Source: a virus
DNA: 64,000 nt
IMG/VR virus record: IMGVR_UViG_3300028388_003280
Location: 32,001-96,000 of that record
Direction: 5' to 3' (one strand)
In this document: positions 27,388-35,268 of the stretch, piece by piece
How the letters are laid out: the number at the start of each line of letters is the position of its first letter
How positions within the stretch are numbered: the stretch's first letter is position 1
Program-made: the position numbers and the translations under genes
Notes under the pieces: generated by a model
The model's input: only the letters and a program-made list of their open reading frames with translations
Databases searched by the model: none
What the model was told of the DNA's origin: nothing

Positions 27388-27883
27388 CGCCCTTGCGGTG
27401 CTTTGCCTATTCATTGCCGTCTTTCAGACAGTATCGGATAACAGGCATGAGCCACGAATGCACAATTGGGAAATCGTCACGGATGATCCGGGAATCCCGG
27501 TTCTTCCAGCGCCGCTCCACATTCCAGTCACCGTCACAATCTATCACCCAGTTCCCGAGCAGACCGACTCAACCCCAAACATCGTCGCCTCCGGCAAGAA
27601 GATCAAGATCCACCGCGCACGCTATTACCGCTACGTCGCTGTATCACGCGATCTGCACAAGCGTTGGGGCGGACCTCTCTCGTTTGGCGACATCATTGAG
27701 CTCAAAGATGCGGGCTATCTTTCGGGCTTCTACATCGTCGAAGACACGATGAACGCCCGTTTCAAGAATCATGTAGACGTCTTGCTTTCGCCGGGCGATC
27801 CGCTAGCAAAGTTCCCTAACGCACTACTGGTGATGACCAATGGCACAACACGGATGGAAGACCCTCCACGGGCAGCCTATTGA
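27374..27883 (+). CDS. Exported 3D-domain (MltA/Stationary-phase-type) lytic transglycosylase-like protein
   Basis: Signal peptide; TIY...QTDSTP..ASG, VAVSRD, VEDT, VDVL. Confidence 0.75.
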   Translation: MKKISALAVLCLFIAVFQTVSDNRHEPRMHNWEIVTDDPGIPVLPAPLHIPVTVTIYHPVPEQTDSTPNIVASGKKIKIHRARYYRYVAVSRDLHKRWGGPLSFGDIIELKDAGYLSGFYIVEDTMNARFKNHVDVLLSPGDPLAKFPNALLVMTNGTTRMEDPPRAAY

Positions 27884-28391
27884 AAGCATCTATGACGAAC
27901 TCGCAACCGTTTTCAAGGAGGCGTATGAGCAAGACTACGACTGCTTTGTCTACGTCGGAACAGACAGCCAGAACCTCGGCTCACGAACCTCGTTCGTACA
28001 AGTGGTTGCTGTCCACATTCTCCGTGACACTGGCCGTGGTGATGGTGGCCGTGTTTACTATATCCGCCATCTGGAGCGTAGGTATCGCTCTCGTCGCGAG
28101 CGTCTTCTCAGGGAAGCAGAGTTGAGCATCAACCTTGCCCAGAAGATTAACCCAGTTTGTGAAGAGCACGGGATTGAGTTTGAGGTCCATGCTGACGTCC
28201 ACTCGAGCCCTGGCCGCAATAACGAGAACAAGAGTCACGAGGTTCACGACGCTGTGGTTGGCTGGGTGAGCGGCATGGGATACAAGTGCGTCACCAAGCC
28301 TGGCGCCTTCGTTGCCAGCATCGTTGCAGATAGACACACCCGCGGGGTCAAGCAACCGCGAAGATTCAAGAAGCACAAGGCCAATAGCTGA
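27840..28391 (+). CDS. RNase H-like YkuK-family protein
   Basis: VGTDSQ, RLLREAELS, EVHADV, KP.AFVAS.VADRH. Confidence 0.85.
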   Translation: MAQHGWKTLHGQPIESIYDELATVFKEAYEQDYDCFVYVGTDSQNLGSRTSFVQVVAVHILRDTGRGDGGRVYYIRHLERRYRSRRERLLREAELSINLAQKINPVCEEHGIEFEVHADVHSSPGRNNENKSHEVHDAVVGWVSGMGYKCVTKPGAFVASIVADRHTRGVKQPRRFKKHKANS

Positions 28392-28415
28392 GTATTTAGA
28401 TATTGGAGGTCCAAC

Positions 28416-28619
28416 ATGGATTCAAGACTAGCACGAAAGATTCAGTCAGAGGCAAACGATCTCATGCGCCTCGGCAAGCAGGCCGACAAGCTACGGCTGA
28501 TGGAAGAAGACGACGTCGAGGAGCTGTATGATATCTCGCAGGACCTCATCGCATCAATCCAGGCACTAGAAGAGGTCGTTACTGCGCTTCGCAAGGAGGC
28601 ACGCAAGAATGAGCGATAA
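28416..28619 (+). CDS. Small helical protein A
   Basis: MDSRLARKIQ; follows GTATTTA and GGAGG. Confidence 0.7.
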   Translation: MDSRLARKIQSEANDLMRLGKQADKLRLMEEDDVEELYDISQDLIASIQALEEVVTALRKEARKNER

Positions 28620-28902
28620 GCTACCCAAGTATACCCGCGTCATCGTAGAAGGCGAAGAGCAATTCATTCTACGTGAAGCACAGTTCGACCCACGAAAAGC
28701 AAAGCGGCTGCTGAGCCAATTCGGAAGTGGTCTGTTCGGCTATGCAGAAGATGTTAAGGGCGCCCTCGGAGAACAGGATCCTGCATACGCAGCAGAGTTG
28801 ATCGAAGACGTTATATACGATCTTCAAGACCTCGCTGCAGACATGGAAGAGCTCCACGACGAAGCTCGTGCAGCAATGGACGACGACCCGGAGGCCTTCT
28901 AA
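28609..28902 (+). CDS. Small acidic helical protein B
   Basis: MSDKLPKYTRVI...ILRE/A. Confidence 0.7.
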   Translation: MSDKLPKYTRVIVEGEEQFILREAQFDPRKAKRLLSQFGSGLFGYAEDVKGALGEQDPAYAAELIEDVIYDLQDLAADMEELHDEARAAMDDDPEAF

Positions 28903-29093
28903 TGGATGCACGACTAACACGAGAAATGCAAGCATTCGTCAATGATCTCAAGTCATACTCTCAGGATCTTGCTCGGATCCGCGTTGCATCAAATCCAGAT
29001 GCAGAGGAAGAAGTACAAGACGTCATCGAAGGCATTGTATACATGCGCGATGAACTCGAGTCTCTAGCATACAAACTAAGGAGACAGGGATGA
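28902..29093 (+). CDS. Paralogue of protein A
   Basis: MDARLTREMQ. Confidence 0.7.
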   Translation: MDARLTREMQAFVNDLKSYSQDLARIRVASNPDAEEEVQDVIEGIVYMRDELESLAYKLRRQG

Positions 29094-29362
29094 GCAAGCT
29101 ACCACGGTATCGCAAGGTCATCAATGAGCATTCAGATGTTCCGGAGCGTTGGGTCCTTCGCGAAGGGGTTGAGAGCGACCTGAAGATGTACTCACGAACA
29201 TTGGCTGATATGTCCAAGGACCTGAAGAAGGCTATGGGCATGGAACCAGCAAAAGCTGCTGAAGCCCTCAGCGATCTAGTAAACGATTGCAATGAGCTTC
29301 TGAACGAACTCGACGGACTTCAAGACGATCTCCGCGATGAACTCGAGGACCTAGGATACTAA
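29090..29362 (+). CDS. Paralogue of protein B
   Basis: MSKLPRYRKVI...VLRE/G. Confidence 0.7.
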   Translation: MSKLPRYRKVINEHSDVPERWVLREGVESDLKMYSRTLADMSKDLKKAMGMEPAKAAEALSDLVNDCNELLNELDGLQDDLRDELEDLGY

Positions 29363-29365
29363 TCC

Positions 29366-29587
29366 ATGGCATCTATTTCTGAAGAGCGCGCTGACCAGAT
29401 GATCGCCCAAATCATGGACGAGTATCCGCCTGGCAAGAAGCGCAAGTTTCTGTTGAAGCAAGTCTTCACGGCCTTCATGAAGGGCATGCCTAAGAAGCAA
29501 GCCGTCATGCGGGCCAACAACTTCGTTCTGAAGTACAATCTTGACCAGACCGACAAGATCCCACTCTTTCGGTATGGCCGAGGGTAG
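29366..29587 (+). CDS. Hypothetical protein
   Basis: Compact ORF in operon context. Confidence 0.6.
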   Translation: MASISEERADQMIAQIMDEYPPGKKRKFLLKQVFTAFMKGMPKKQAVMRANNFVLKYNLDQTDKIPLFRYGRG

Positions 29588-29616
29588 TGTGCAACGCCTA
29601 CCCGTTCTGGTATAGT
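29587..29616 (+). promoter_or_regulatory. sigma70-type promoter
   Basis: GTGTGCA-N14-TGG-TATAGT. Confidence 0.8.
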
Positions 29617-29644
29617 CTACTCACCCTAGCACAGAGGTTCCAGC

Positions 29645-29986
29645 ATGGAAATGACTCTCATGGAAGTCAAGATCGGCCCACGGGCCGTTAGAATCGTAGC
29701 CGGCGATCCGAAGACCCACGTCAGTCGGATTCCCCACACGACCGTAGAAATCGTCGATCAGTACGGCGAGGTCGAATACGCCTATCTGTACGAACACACC
29801 CACCCCATGAATGAAATGGAAGCGTGGAAGCAGTTTGGTGACATCTGTCGGCAAGAGGCAGAAGTCGCAATGGATAGGGCGGCTGTGCGGCACGGAGTTG
29901 AGGCAATTGCCGCCAACGGCTTCATCGGTGACTGCATCATCGGCGTTCGTCCGAAGGCAACTGAAAACGATTCTCAACTAGCGTAG
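29645..29986 (+). CDS. Hypothetical early protein
   Basis: Own promoter; GAGG RBS. Confidence 0.65.
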   Translation: MEMTLMEVKIGPRAVRIVAGDPKTHVSRIPHTTVEIVDQYGEVEYAYLYEHTHPMNEMEAWKQFGDICRQEAEVAMDRAAVRHGVEAIAANGFIGDCIIGVRPKATENDSQLA

Positions 29987-30009
29987 AAACTGCCCTAAAA
30001 AGTGTGCAC

Positions 30010-30057
30010 ATTTTTTTGTCGGAAACTGTGTGCACGCCCCTACTCGGCTGGTATGAT
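30010..30057 (+). promoter_or_regulatory. Strong sigma70-type promoter with T-tract UP element
   Basis: T7 tract, then GTGTGCA-N14-TGG-TATGAT. Confidence 0.82.
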
Positions 30058-30117
30058 CTATACACATCGACGCGGTGCGAAGCGCCGCCAGAACAAACCA
30101 AGCCTACGAGGTGCACA

Positions 30118-30621
30118 ATGACCGTCAACGCCAAGCAGGCGTTCGTTGCGGTGCGCGAAGCACAGCAGCGCGTCAACGACCGGGTCCTGACCCTTTCGCA
30201 GATCTCCGAGCTCCGCAAGGAGACCCTTGGATGGGACAGCCCCGTCACGCAGTTCCGCAAGTACGCCGACGAGCAGATCAAGGTTCTGCCGCGCGGTGAC
30301 AAGCAGAAGAAGATTCTGCGCTCGCAGAAGGCCGACCTCAGCAAGATGGTCAACGCCCTCCGCGATTCCATGTCCTCGTACGAGGACCTCATCCGCATGA
30401 AGCGCGCGGAGGCTCGTGATAACAAGAGCGCCGTGCGTTTTGAGAAGGCCCGTATTCAGATCGTGGACGCAGTGCGTCGCATGATTGAAGAGGACCGCGC
30501 CAACGCCTACTCCTTCCTGCTCACGCAGTTGGAGCGTGCCGAGGCGACGCAGACGGCTGACGCCGTCGACACCGACGCAGAGAGCGTCACTGACGAAGAG
30601 CATGTCACTATCACTGACTGA
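30118..30621 (+). CDS. Helical protein with acidic tail, monocistronic
   Basis: GAGG RBS; strongly C/G-ending codons; flanked by promoter and hairpin. Confidence 0.75.
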   Translation: MTVNAKQAFVAVREAQQRVNDRVLTLSQISELRKETLGWDSPVTQFRKYADEQIKVLPRGDKQKKILRSQKADLSKMVNALRDSMSSYEDLIRMKRAEARDNKSAVRFEKARIQIVDAVRRMIEEDRANAYSFLLTQLERAEATQTADAVDTDAESVTDEEHVTITD

Positions 30622-30645
30622 CAAGCAGACAACTGAACTGCTCGG

Positions 30646-30690
30646 CTACGCCCGTCCGTGCTCGCCCTCCTGCACGGCGCGGGCGTAGTC
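30646..30690 (+). terminator. Long stem-loop (terminator or processing site)
   Basis: CTACGCCCG..CCGTGC / GCACGG..CGGGCGTAG inverted repeat. Confidence 0.65.
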
Positions 30691-30709
30691 TCGTTCCCCC
30701 TAAGGTATC

Positions 30710-31333
30710 ATGAGAACAATAGCAATAGACATCGACGGCACACTCCGCAACCTAGACATCGCACTTGAAAAGTACTTAGAAGTCGACCACCCACACAGAG
30801 TCAAAACCTTCACCAGCAATCCGGAGTCGTGGAATAAACTCGACCTCGCATTTGGTGGAGACCGCGACGCAGTCATGGATTGGCTCTATGGAACTCGTGC
30901 GTTCCAGACGTTTGGGCAGGCACCAAAGATGTACCGCGATGTCATTGACCACCTCAATGCATTGGACAAACGGGCTAGAGCAGTTGGGGATAGGATAATC
31001 CTCTCCTCTGTTCAGCGTGAGCAGTCAATCACTGCGACCCTATTCTGGCTGGCAAAGAACGGATGCAAGGTGCATCACTATCGTTTCTTTGATAGCTTTG
31101 ATGAAAAGATGGGGGCCGGATACGACATCGTCGTTGACGACCATCCACAGGTTCTGGAAACGGCCAAGGACTTCGGGTCCGAGGCTATCGTGGTTCCGCA
31201 TCCGTACAATGAACACCTCACTACGGAGGACGGATACAAGCGCCTTGACTACGAAGGCGAGAAGCCGACAGGTCTAGCCGGTCTAGCAGATCTGGTCGGC
31301 CTCGGCACATACCAAATTGTCGAAGGAGACTAA
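30710..31333 (+). CDS. HAD 5'(3')-deoxyribonucleotidase-like protein
   Basis: IAIDIDGTLR, VVDDHP, HPYN. Confidence 0.85.
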   Translation: MRTIAIDIDGTLRNLDIALEKYLEVDHPHRVKTFTSNPESWNKLDLAFGGDRDAVMDWLYGTRAFQTFGQAPKMYRDVIDHLNALDKRARAVGDRIILSSVQREQSITATLFWLAKNGCKVHHYRFFDSFDEKMGAGYDIVVDDHPQVLETAKDFGSEAIVVPHPYNEHLTTEDGYKRLDYEGEKPTGLAGLADLVGLGTYQIVEGD

Positions 31334-31335
31334 GT

Positions 31336-32487
31336 ATGTCGATCACCAAGAAGGACATCGAGGACGTCATTGGTAAGCTTGAAGAAGGCGACTACCGTGC
31401 ATTGTTCCTATGTCCCGATTTTGAAAAGCCATCCGGTGGAGTGGGCCTGATCTACGATCACGTCCGCATCCTCAACGAGCTGGGCTTCAATGCCTCGGTC
31501 GTCCACCAGAAGGATGGTTTCGTGCCTGAGTGGCTGGGAGACCGAGCCGAGGGCGTGCCTATCATCTACACGGAGAAAGGCGACCTGAACATCAACATGC
31601 AGGACTTTTTCTTCATCCCTGAGGGGATGACGAATGTCATGCAGCAGATGCAGCAGCAGAACGTGCCAGCCAAGAAGATCGTCTTCTGTCAGAACTGGTA
31701 CTACATCCTGAACGCACTGCAGCCCGGCCAGACCTGGCAGAGCCTTGGAATCGGCGACTGCTTGTCGGTCAGTGAATTCCAGACACGCTACATCCAGAGC
31801 ATTATGCCAGGCATGCGTTGCAAGAATGTCGTCGGCAGCATTGATCCTGAGGTGTTCTACCCGCCTGAGAGCGATGTTGAGAAGAAGCCAATCGTTAGCT
31901 TCTACCCATCTCGTGATCGTGGTGGCATGAAGAGCACCAACGTCATCAAGACGTTCTACCTCCTCTTCCCGCACTTCAAGTGGATCCAGTTCCGCCAGAT
32001 GGGCGGTCTTGAGACCGAGGACTTCGCTGCGGCTCTTCGTGAGTCTGCCTTCTACGTTCACTTCGATGAGTACAGCTCGTGGGGCACTGCACCTATTGAG
32101 GCATGGCGAAGCGGTTGTCACGTCGCAGGCTGGGACGGACTCGGCGGATCTGAGTACATGCGTCCCGTCAACCTCAGCGATTCCGGTGGTCACAAGACTG
32201 GCAACATGTGGATCGCGCCGAATGGTGACATTGTGAAGCTTGCTCTGTTGATCGGTAACATGATCGAGCAGTGGATCACCGACAACATCGACAAGCAGAT
32301 CGTCAAGAACGCCAAGGCTGCGTGTGAGAACTACACACCAGAAGCAGAAAAGGATTCGATCCTCCGTGCACACAACGAGTACCGGGAAGATCGCATCAAG
32401 GAGCTCCAGGGCTTTGCTGATAAGCTTCCGGAGATCGCTGACACCGAGAACATGGAGGTAGTGAGCAATGACGCGCAAGGTAGCTGA
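31336..32487 (+). CDS. Glycosyltransferase, GT-B
   Basis: PSGGV..IY.H...L; SSWGTAPIEA..SGC.V.GW.G.GG. Confidence 0.8.
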   Translation: MSITKKDIEDVIGKLEEGDYRALFLCPDFEKPSGGVGLIYDHVRILNELGFNASVVHQKDGFVPEWLGDRAEGVPIIYTEKGDLNINMQDFFFIPEGMTNVMQQMQQQNVPAKKIVFCQNWYYILNALQPGQTWQSLGIGDCLSVSEFQTRYIQSIMPGMRCKNVVGSIDPEVFYPPESDVEKKPIVSFYPSRDRGGMKSTNVIKTFYLLFPHFKWIQFRQMGGLETEDFAAALRESAFYVHFDEYSSWGTAPIEAWRSGCHVAGWDGLGGSEYMRPVNLSDSGGHKTGNMWIAPNGDIVKLALLIGNMIEQWITDNIDKQIVKNAKAACENYTPEAEKDSILRAHNEYREDRIKELQGFADKLPEIADTENMEVVSNDAQGS

Positions 32488-33274
32488 TCTAGCTGTCATC
32501 ATCCCGTCGCACGAGAAGACTGACACGCTGTTGAAGGCGATCGATTCTGTGTTTGCGCAGACGACCCATCCCAGCATCGTCCTCGTTGCAACGAAGGATG
32601 TTCTGAGCACCATCGACGACGACCGAGCCCAGCGCATGACACTCGTTGAGGCTGGTGAGGATACTTCGTATCCGGCCTTGGTCAATCAGGGCATCGAGGC
32701 AGCCAAGGAGCTCGAGGGCGTGAACTGGTTCACCATTCTTGAGCACGACGATGAGTTGCTTCCTAAGGCAGTTGAAAACTTCGTTGCCTATAGCAGCCAC
32801 GATCCCGAGACTCCAGTATGGTCTGGCCTCGGACTGCATGTAAATCGTGGCAACGGCGATGGTCCGCCAGAGCTCAAGAGCATGCTCAACGATGCCGCGT
32901 GGGCTCCGAACATCATGGAGACACCAGGAACCACGGATTTCAACGCCATGCTGCGCATGAACTTTGTGTTCCTGAACGGATGCTTCTTCAAGTTCGAGGT
33001 CGTCGATGAGGTTGGACTTCTCAAGCCGAACATGAAGATGTTCGCTGACTACGAGTTCCTGCTTCGCGTGGTCTACAACGGACACGACATCCGCAGCATC
33101 CCGAAGGCAACACACTACCACTATGCTGGTGGCAAGATGACTCAGGATCTGAACGGCACAAAGCGTGAAGAGACTGAATTCTGGGTGACTGCAGCTCGTA
33201 AGGAGTACTTCTACGAGTTCGACCGCGAGATTGCCTACGAACCCGCGGAGGAGACAGAAACCGCGGAGGCTTGA
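32468..33274 (+). CDS. Glycosyltransferase, GT2-like
   Basis: VIIPSH, AIDSVFAQT, LEHDDE, DYEFLLR. Confidence 0.85.
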   Translation: MTRKVADLAVIIPSHEKTDTLLKAIDSVFAQTTHPSIVLVATKDVLSTIDDDRAQRMTLVEAGEDTSYPALVNQGIEAAKELEGVNWFTILEHDDELLPKAVENFVAYSSHDPETPVWSGLGLHVNRGNGDGPPELKSMLNDAAWAPNIMETPGTTDFNAMLRMNFVFLNGCFFKFEVVDEVGLLKPNMKMFADYEFLLRVVYNGHDIRSIPKATHYHYAGGKMTQDLNGTKREETEFWVTAARKEYFYEFDREIAYEPAEETETAEA

Positions 33275-33275
33275 C

Positions 33276-34004
33276 ATGACAGTCAAGAATTCCGCCGGTC
33301 TCACCAAGAAGCGCAAGCGTGAGTACTGGAGCGTCGAGCAGGAGGAGGCCGTTAAGGCCTACCTCCTGCTCGAGCCAGATTCTCGCGAAGCCGACAAGCT
33401 ATTCGCAGGGAAGATCTATCCTTCCTTGCGGCAGCTTGTCGAGAACATTGCGTTCACCTACCACCTGACAACGTCCGAGACACCAGTTCGCGAACAGATC
33501 GATGACTGCATCGGACACGTCATCGTGAAGTTCAGGAAGTACGATCCAGACAAGGGCAGCAAGGCATTCTCATACTACGGCACCGTGGCCAAGAACTACT
33601 TCATCCTCGCACAGAACAAGGCGTACAAGAAGAAGATCCAGACCACGGAGATTGATAGTACGGAGGGCTTGGAGATGATCCTCGACCTCGCCATCGATCA
33701 TGAGTTTGAGCGTGAGCTTGACAGTCCCGAGTTCTTCATTTCACACTTGGCGGACCATCTTGAGGGAATCCTGGAAACAGACATCAGTCTACACACCAAC
33801 ACTTGGAAGTTGGGAGAGGCTATCGTCTACATTCTCAGGAACTATGCCCACATCCAGATGTCCACAAAGAACACGTTTTACCACATCGTGCGTGAGATGA
33901 CTGGGTTGACTACCAAGGAGATATCCAAGGCTCTAAAGGAGTTGAAGACAGTGTATGCAGAAGTGCGTGCTGACTTCATCGCCAACAGGACCACCACCCT
34001 GTGA
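33276..34004 (+). CDS. Phage sigma factor (T4 gp55-like late sigma)
   Basis: Region-2-like KFRKYDPDKGSKAFSYYGTVAKNYFI; C-terminal HTH-like REMTGLTTKEISK. Confidence 0.7.
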   Translation: MTVKNSAGLTKKRKREYWSVEQEEAVKAYLLLEPDSREADKLFAGKIYPSLRQLVENIAFTYHLTTSETPVREQIDDCIGHVIVKFRKYDPDKGSKAFSYYGTVAKNYFILAQNKAYKKKIQTTEIDSTEGLEMILDLAIDHEFERELDSPEFFISHLADHLEGILETDISLHTNTWKLGEAIVYILRNYAHIQMSTKNTFYHIVREMTGLTTKEISKALKELKTVYAEVRADFIANRTTTL

Positions 34005-34028
34005 GTATTTAGAAGCAGGAGGTCCATC

Positions 34029-34415
34029 ATGAGCAAGGACATCAAACTAGAACTGAGCAACACAGCCTTGATGGCCGTACTCCAGATCGCTCTGGACTCG
34101 GCCATTGAGCAAAAGGCCCAAGCTATGGGGCACCATGAGCAGGTGTCCCGTACGCTTGAGGTCCCTGAAGACGGACGCCTCACTGTCGAGCGGGCTATGG
34201 CGATCAAGGAGATCACCGACCCGATCGAGAAGTACCTCAAGTCCGCAGACGCATCTCTCGACAAGATCATCAAGATTGCCCGCCTGCTCGCAGACGTTAT
34301 GCTGCGCCAGCAAGACGAGGACTATACAGAGATGACCCAAGAACAGCGCGAGGCGATGCAGAACGACATCCACGAGATGTTGAACCTAGCCAAAGAAAAC
34401 AAGGACGAAGACTGA
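34029..34415 (+). CDS. Helical hypothetical protein (late)
   Basis: GTATTTA and AGGAGG upstream. Confidence 0.7.
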   Translation: MSKDIKLELSNTALMAVLQIALDSAIEQKAQAMGHHEQVSRTLEVPEDGRLTVERAMAIKEITDPIEKYLKSADASLDKIIKIARLLADVMLRQQDEDYTEMTQEQREAMQNDIHEMLNLAKENKDED

Positions 34416-34642
34416 TGCCTCTCAACTCACGTCTCATTGCAGATCGTGTCATCGCCGAGTTCGACGAGATCGGAATCAGGTCTCGCGTTGGTGGTAAGGA
34501 GAGCGAGACAGCCGCGCTCGTGCGAGTCATTTGTGACAAGGTAGTCGAAGCTATCCGCAATGAAGCCATTGTCACCACCACAGTCGTCACGGCAGGTTCA
34601 CCAACCAGTCACACAGGAACAGGCACAGGGAGTATCAAATGA
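34415..34642 (+). CDS. Small putative baseplate/spike-associated protein
   Basis: Helical hairpin plus Thr/Gly tail (TGTGTGSI); near gp25. Confidence 0.45.
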   Translation: MPLNSRLIADRVIAEFDEIGIRSRVGGKESETAALVRVICDKVVEAIRNEAIVTTTVVTAGSPTSHTGTGTGSIK

Positions 34643-34830
34643 CTGACCTATCGGTTCTGACTACGAAGCAACTAATGGAACGCCACGGCCAATTGGCTGA
34701 TAAGGCGCTTGAGATTCGGGAGAAGATGGAGATCATGCTCGGCGAATTTGAGAAGGTCCGCAAGGAGTTTGAGCTGATCGACGGTGAACTCCGAGAAAGA
34801 ACAGGACAGGACCAGACCTCTCCGGAGTGA
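34639..34830 (+). CDS. Small coiled-coil protein
   Basis: GGAG RBS; heptad pattern. Confidence 0.6.
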   Translation: MTDLSVLTTKQLMERHGQLADKALEIREKMEIMLGEFEKVRKEFELIDGELRERTGQDQTSPE

Positions 34831-34854
34831 TATTTACCCTAGAGGTATTGTGCT

Positions 34855-35265
34855 ATGGCGTTCATCAACAAGCAAAAGCTCAACCGCACCAAGCCGTTGG
34901 GCATCCGCGCACCGATTAGGAACGCTGCACTCGACGGCGTCTTTGACGTCAACACCATAACAATAGAACAGGTGAAGAGTGAGCTGTATGTGCTCCTCTT
35001 CACGTCTAAGGGCTCGAGGGTTCAATTGCCTGAGTTCGGCTCACCTGTATACGATCTACAGTTTGAGCAGGTGAGCCAAAGAGACTTTCCAGAGATCGGC
35101 CGATCTATCGAGGATGCAATTGCCAGGTGGGTGCCAAAGGCACTCGTGAACGATGTCGAGATCACTCAGCTGACCGAGGCACCGAACACCTTTGAGATCG
35201 TCGTCCGGTTTTCACTTCGGGACAATCCGCGCCTCGAAGATAGTCTTGTTATCACAGCGAGGTAA
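34855..35265 (+). CDS. Baseplate wedge protein, gp25-like
   Basis: LLFTSKGSRV..PEFGS...FE; AIARWVP. Confidence 0.9.
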   Translation: MAFINKQKLNRTKPLGIRAPIRNAALDGVFDVNTITIEQVKSELYVLLFTSKGSRVQLPEFGSPVYDLQFEQVSQRDFPEIGRSIEDAIARWVPKALVNDVEITQLTEAPNTFEIVVRFSLRDNPRLEDSLVITAR

Positions 35266-35268
35266 CCA

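Noticed and set aside
31408-33316. Long minus-strand ORFs (425 and 275 aa)
   Set aside because: Antisense shadows of glycosyltransferase genes with biased codons; no motifs, RBS or promoter
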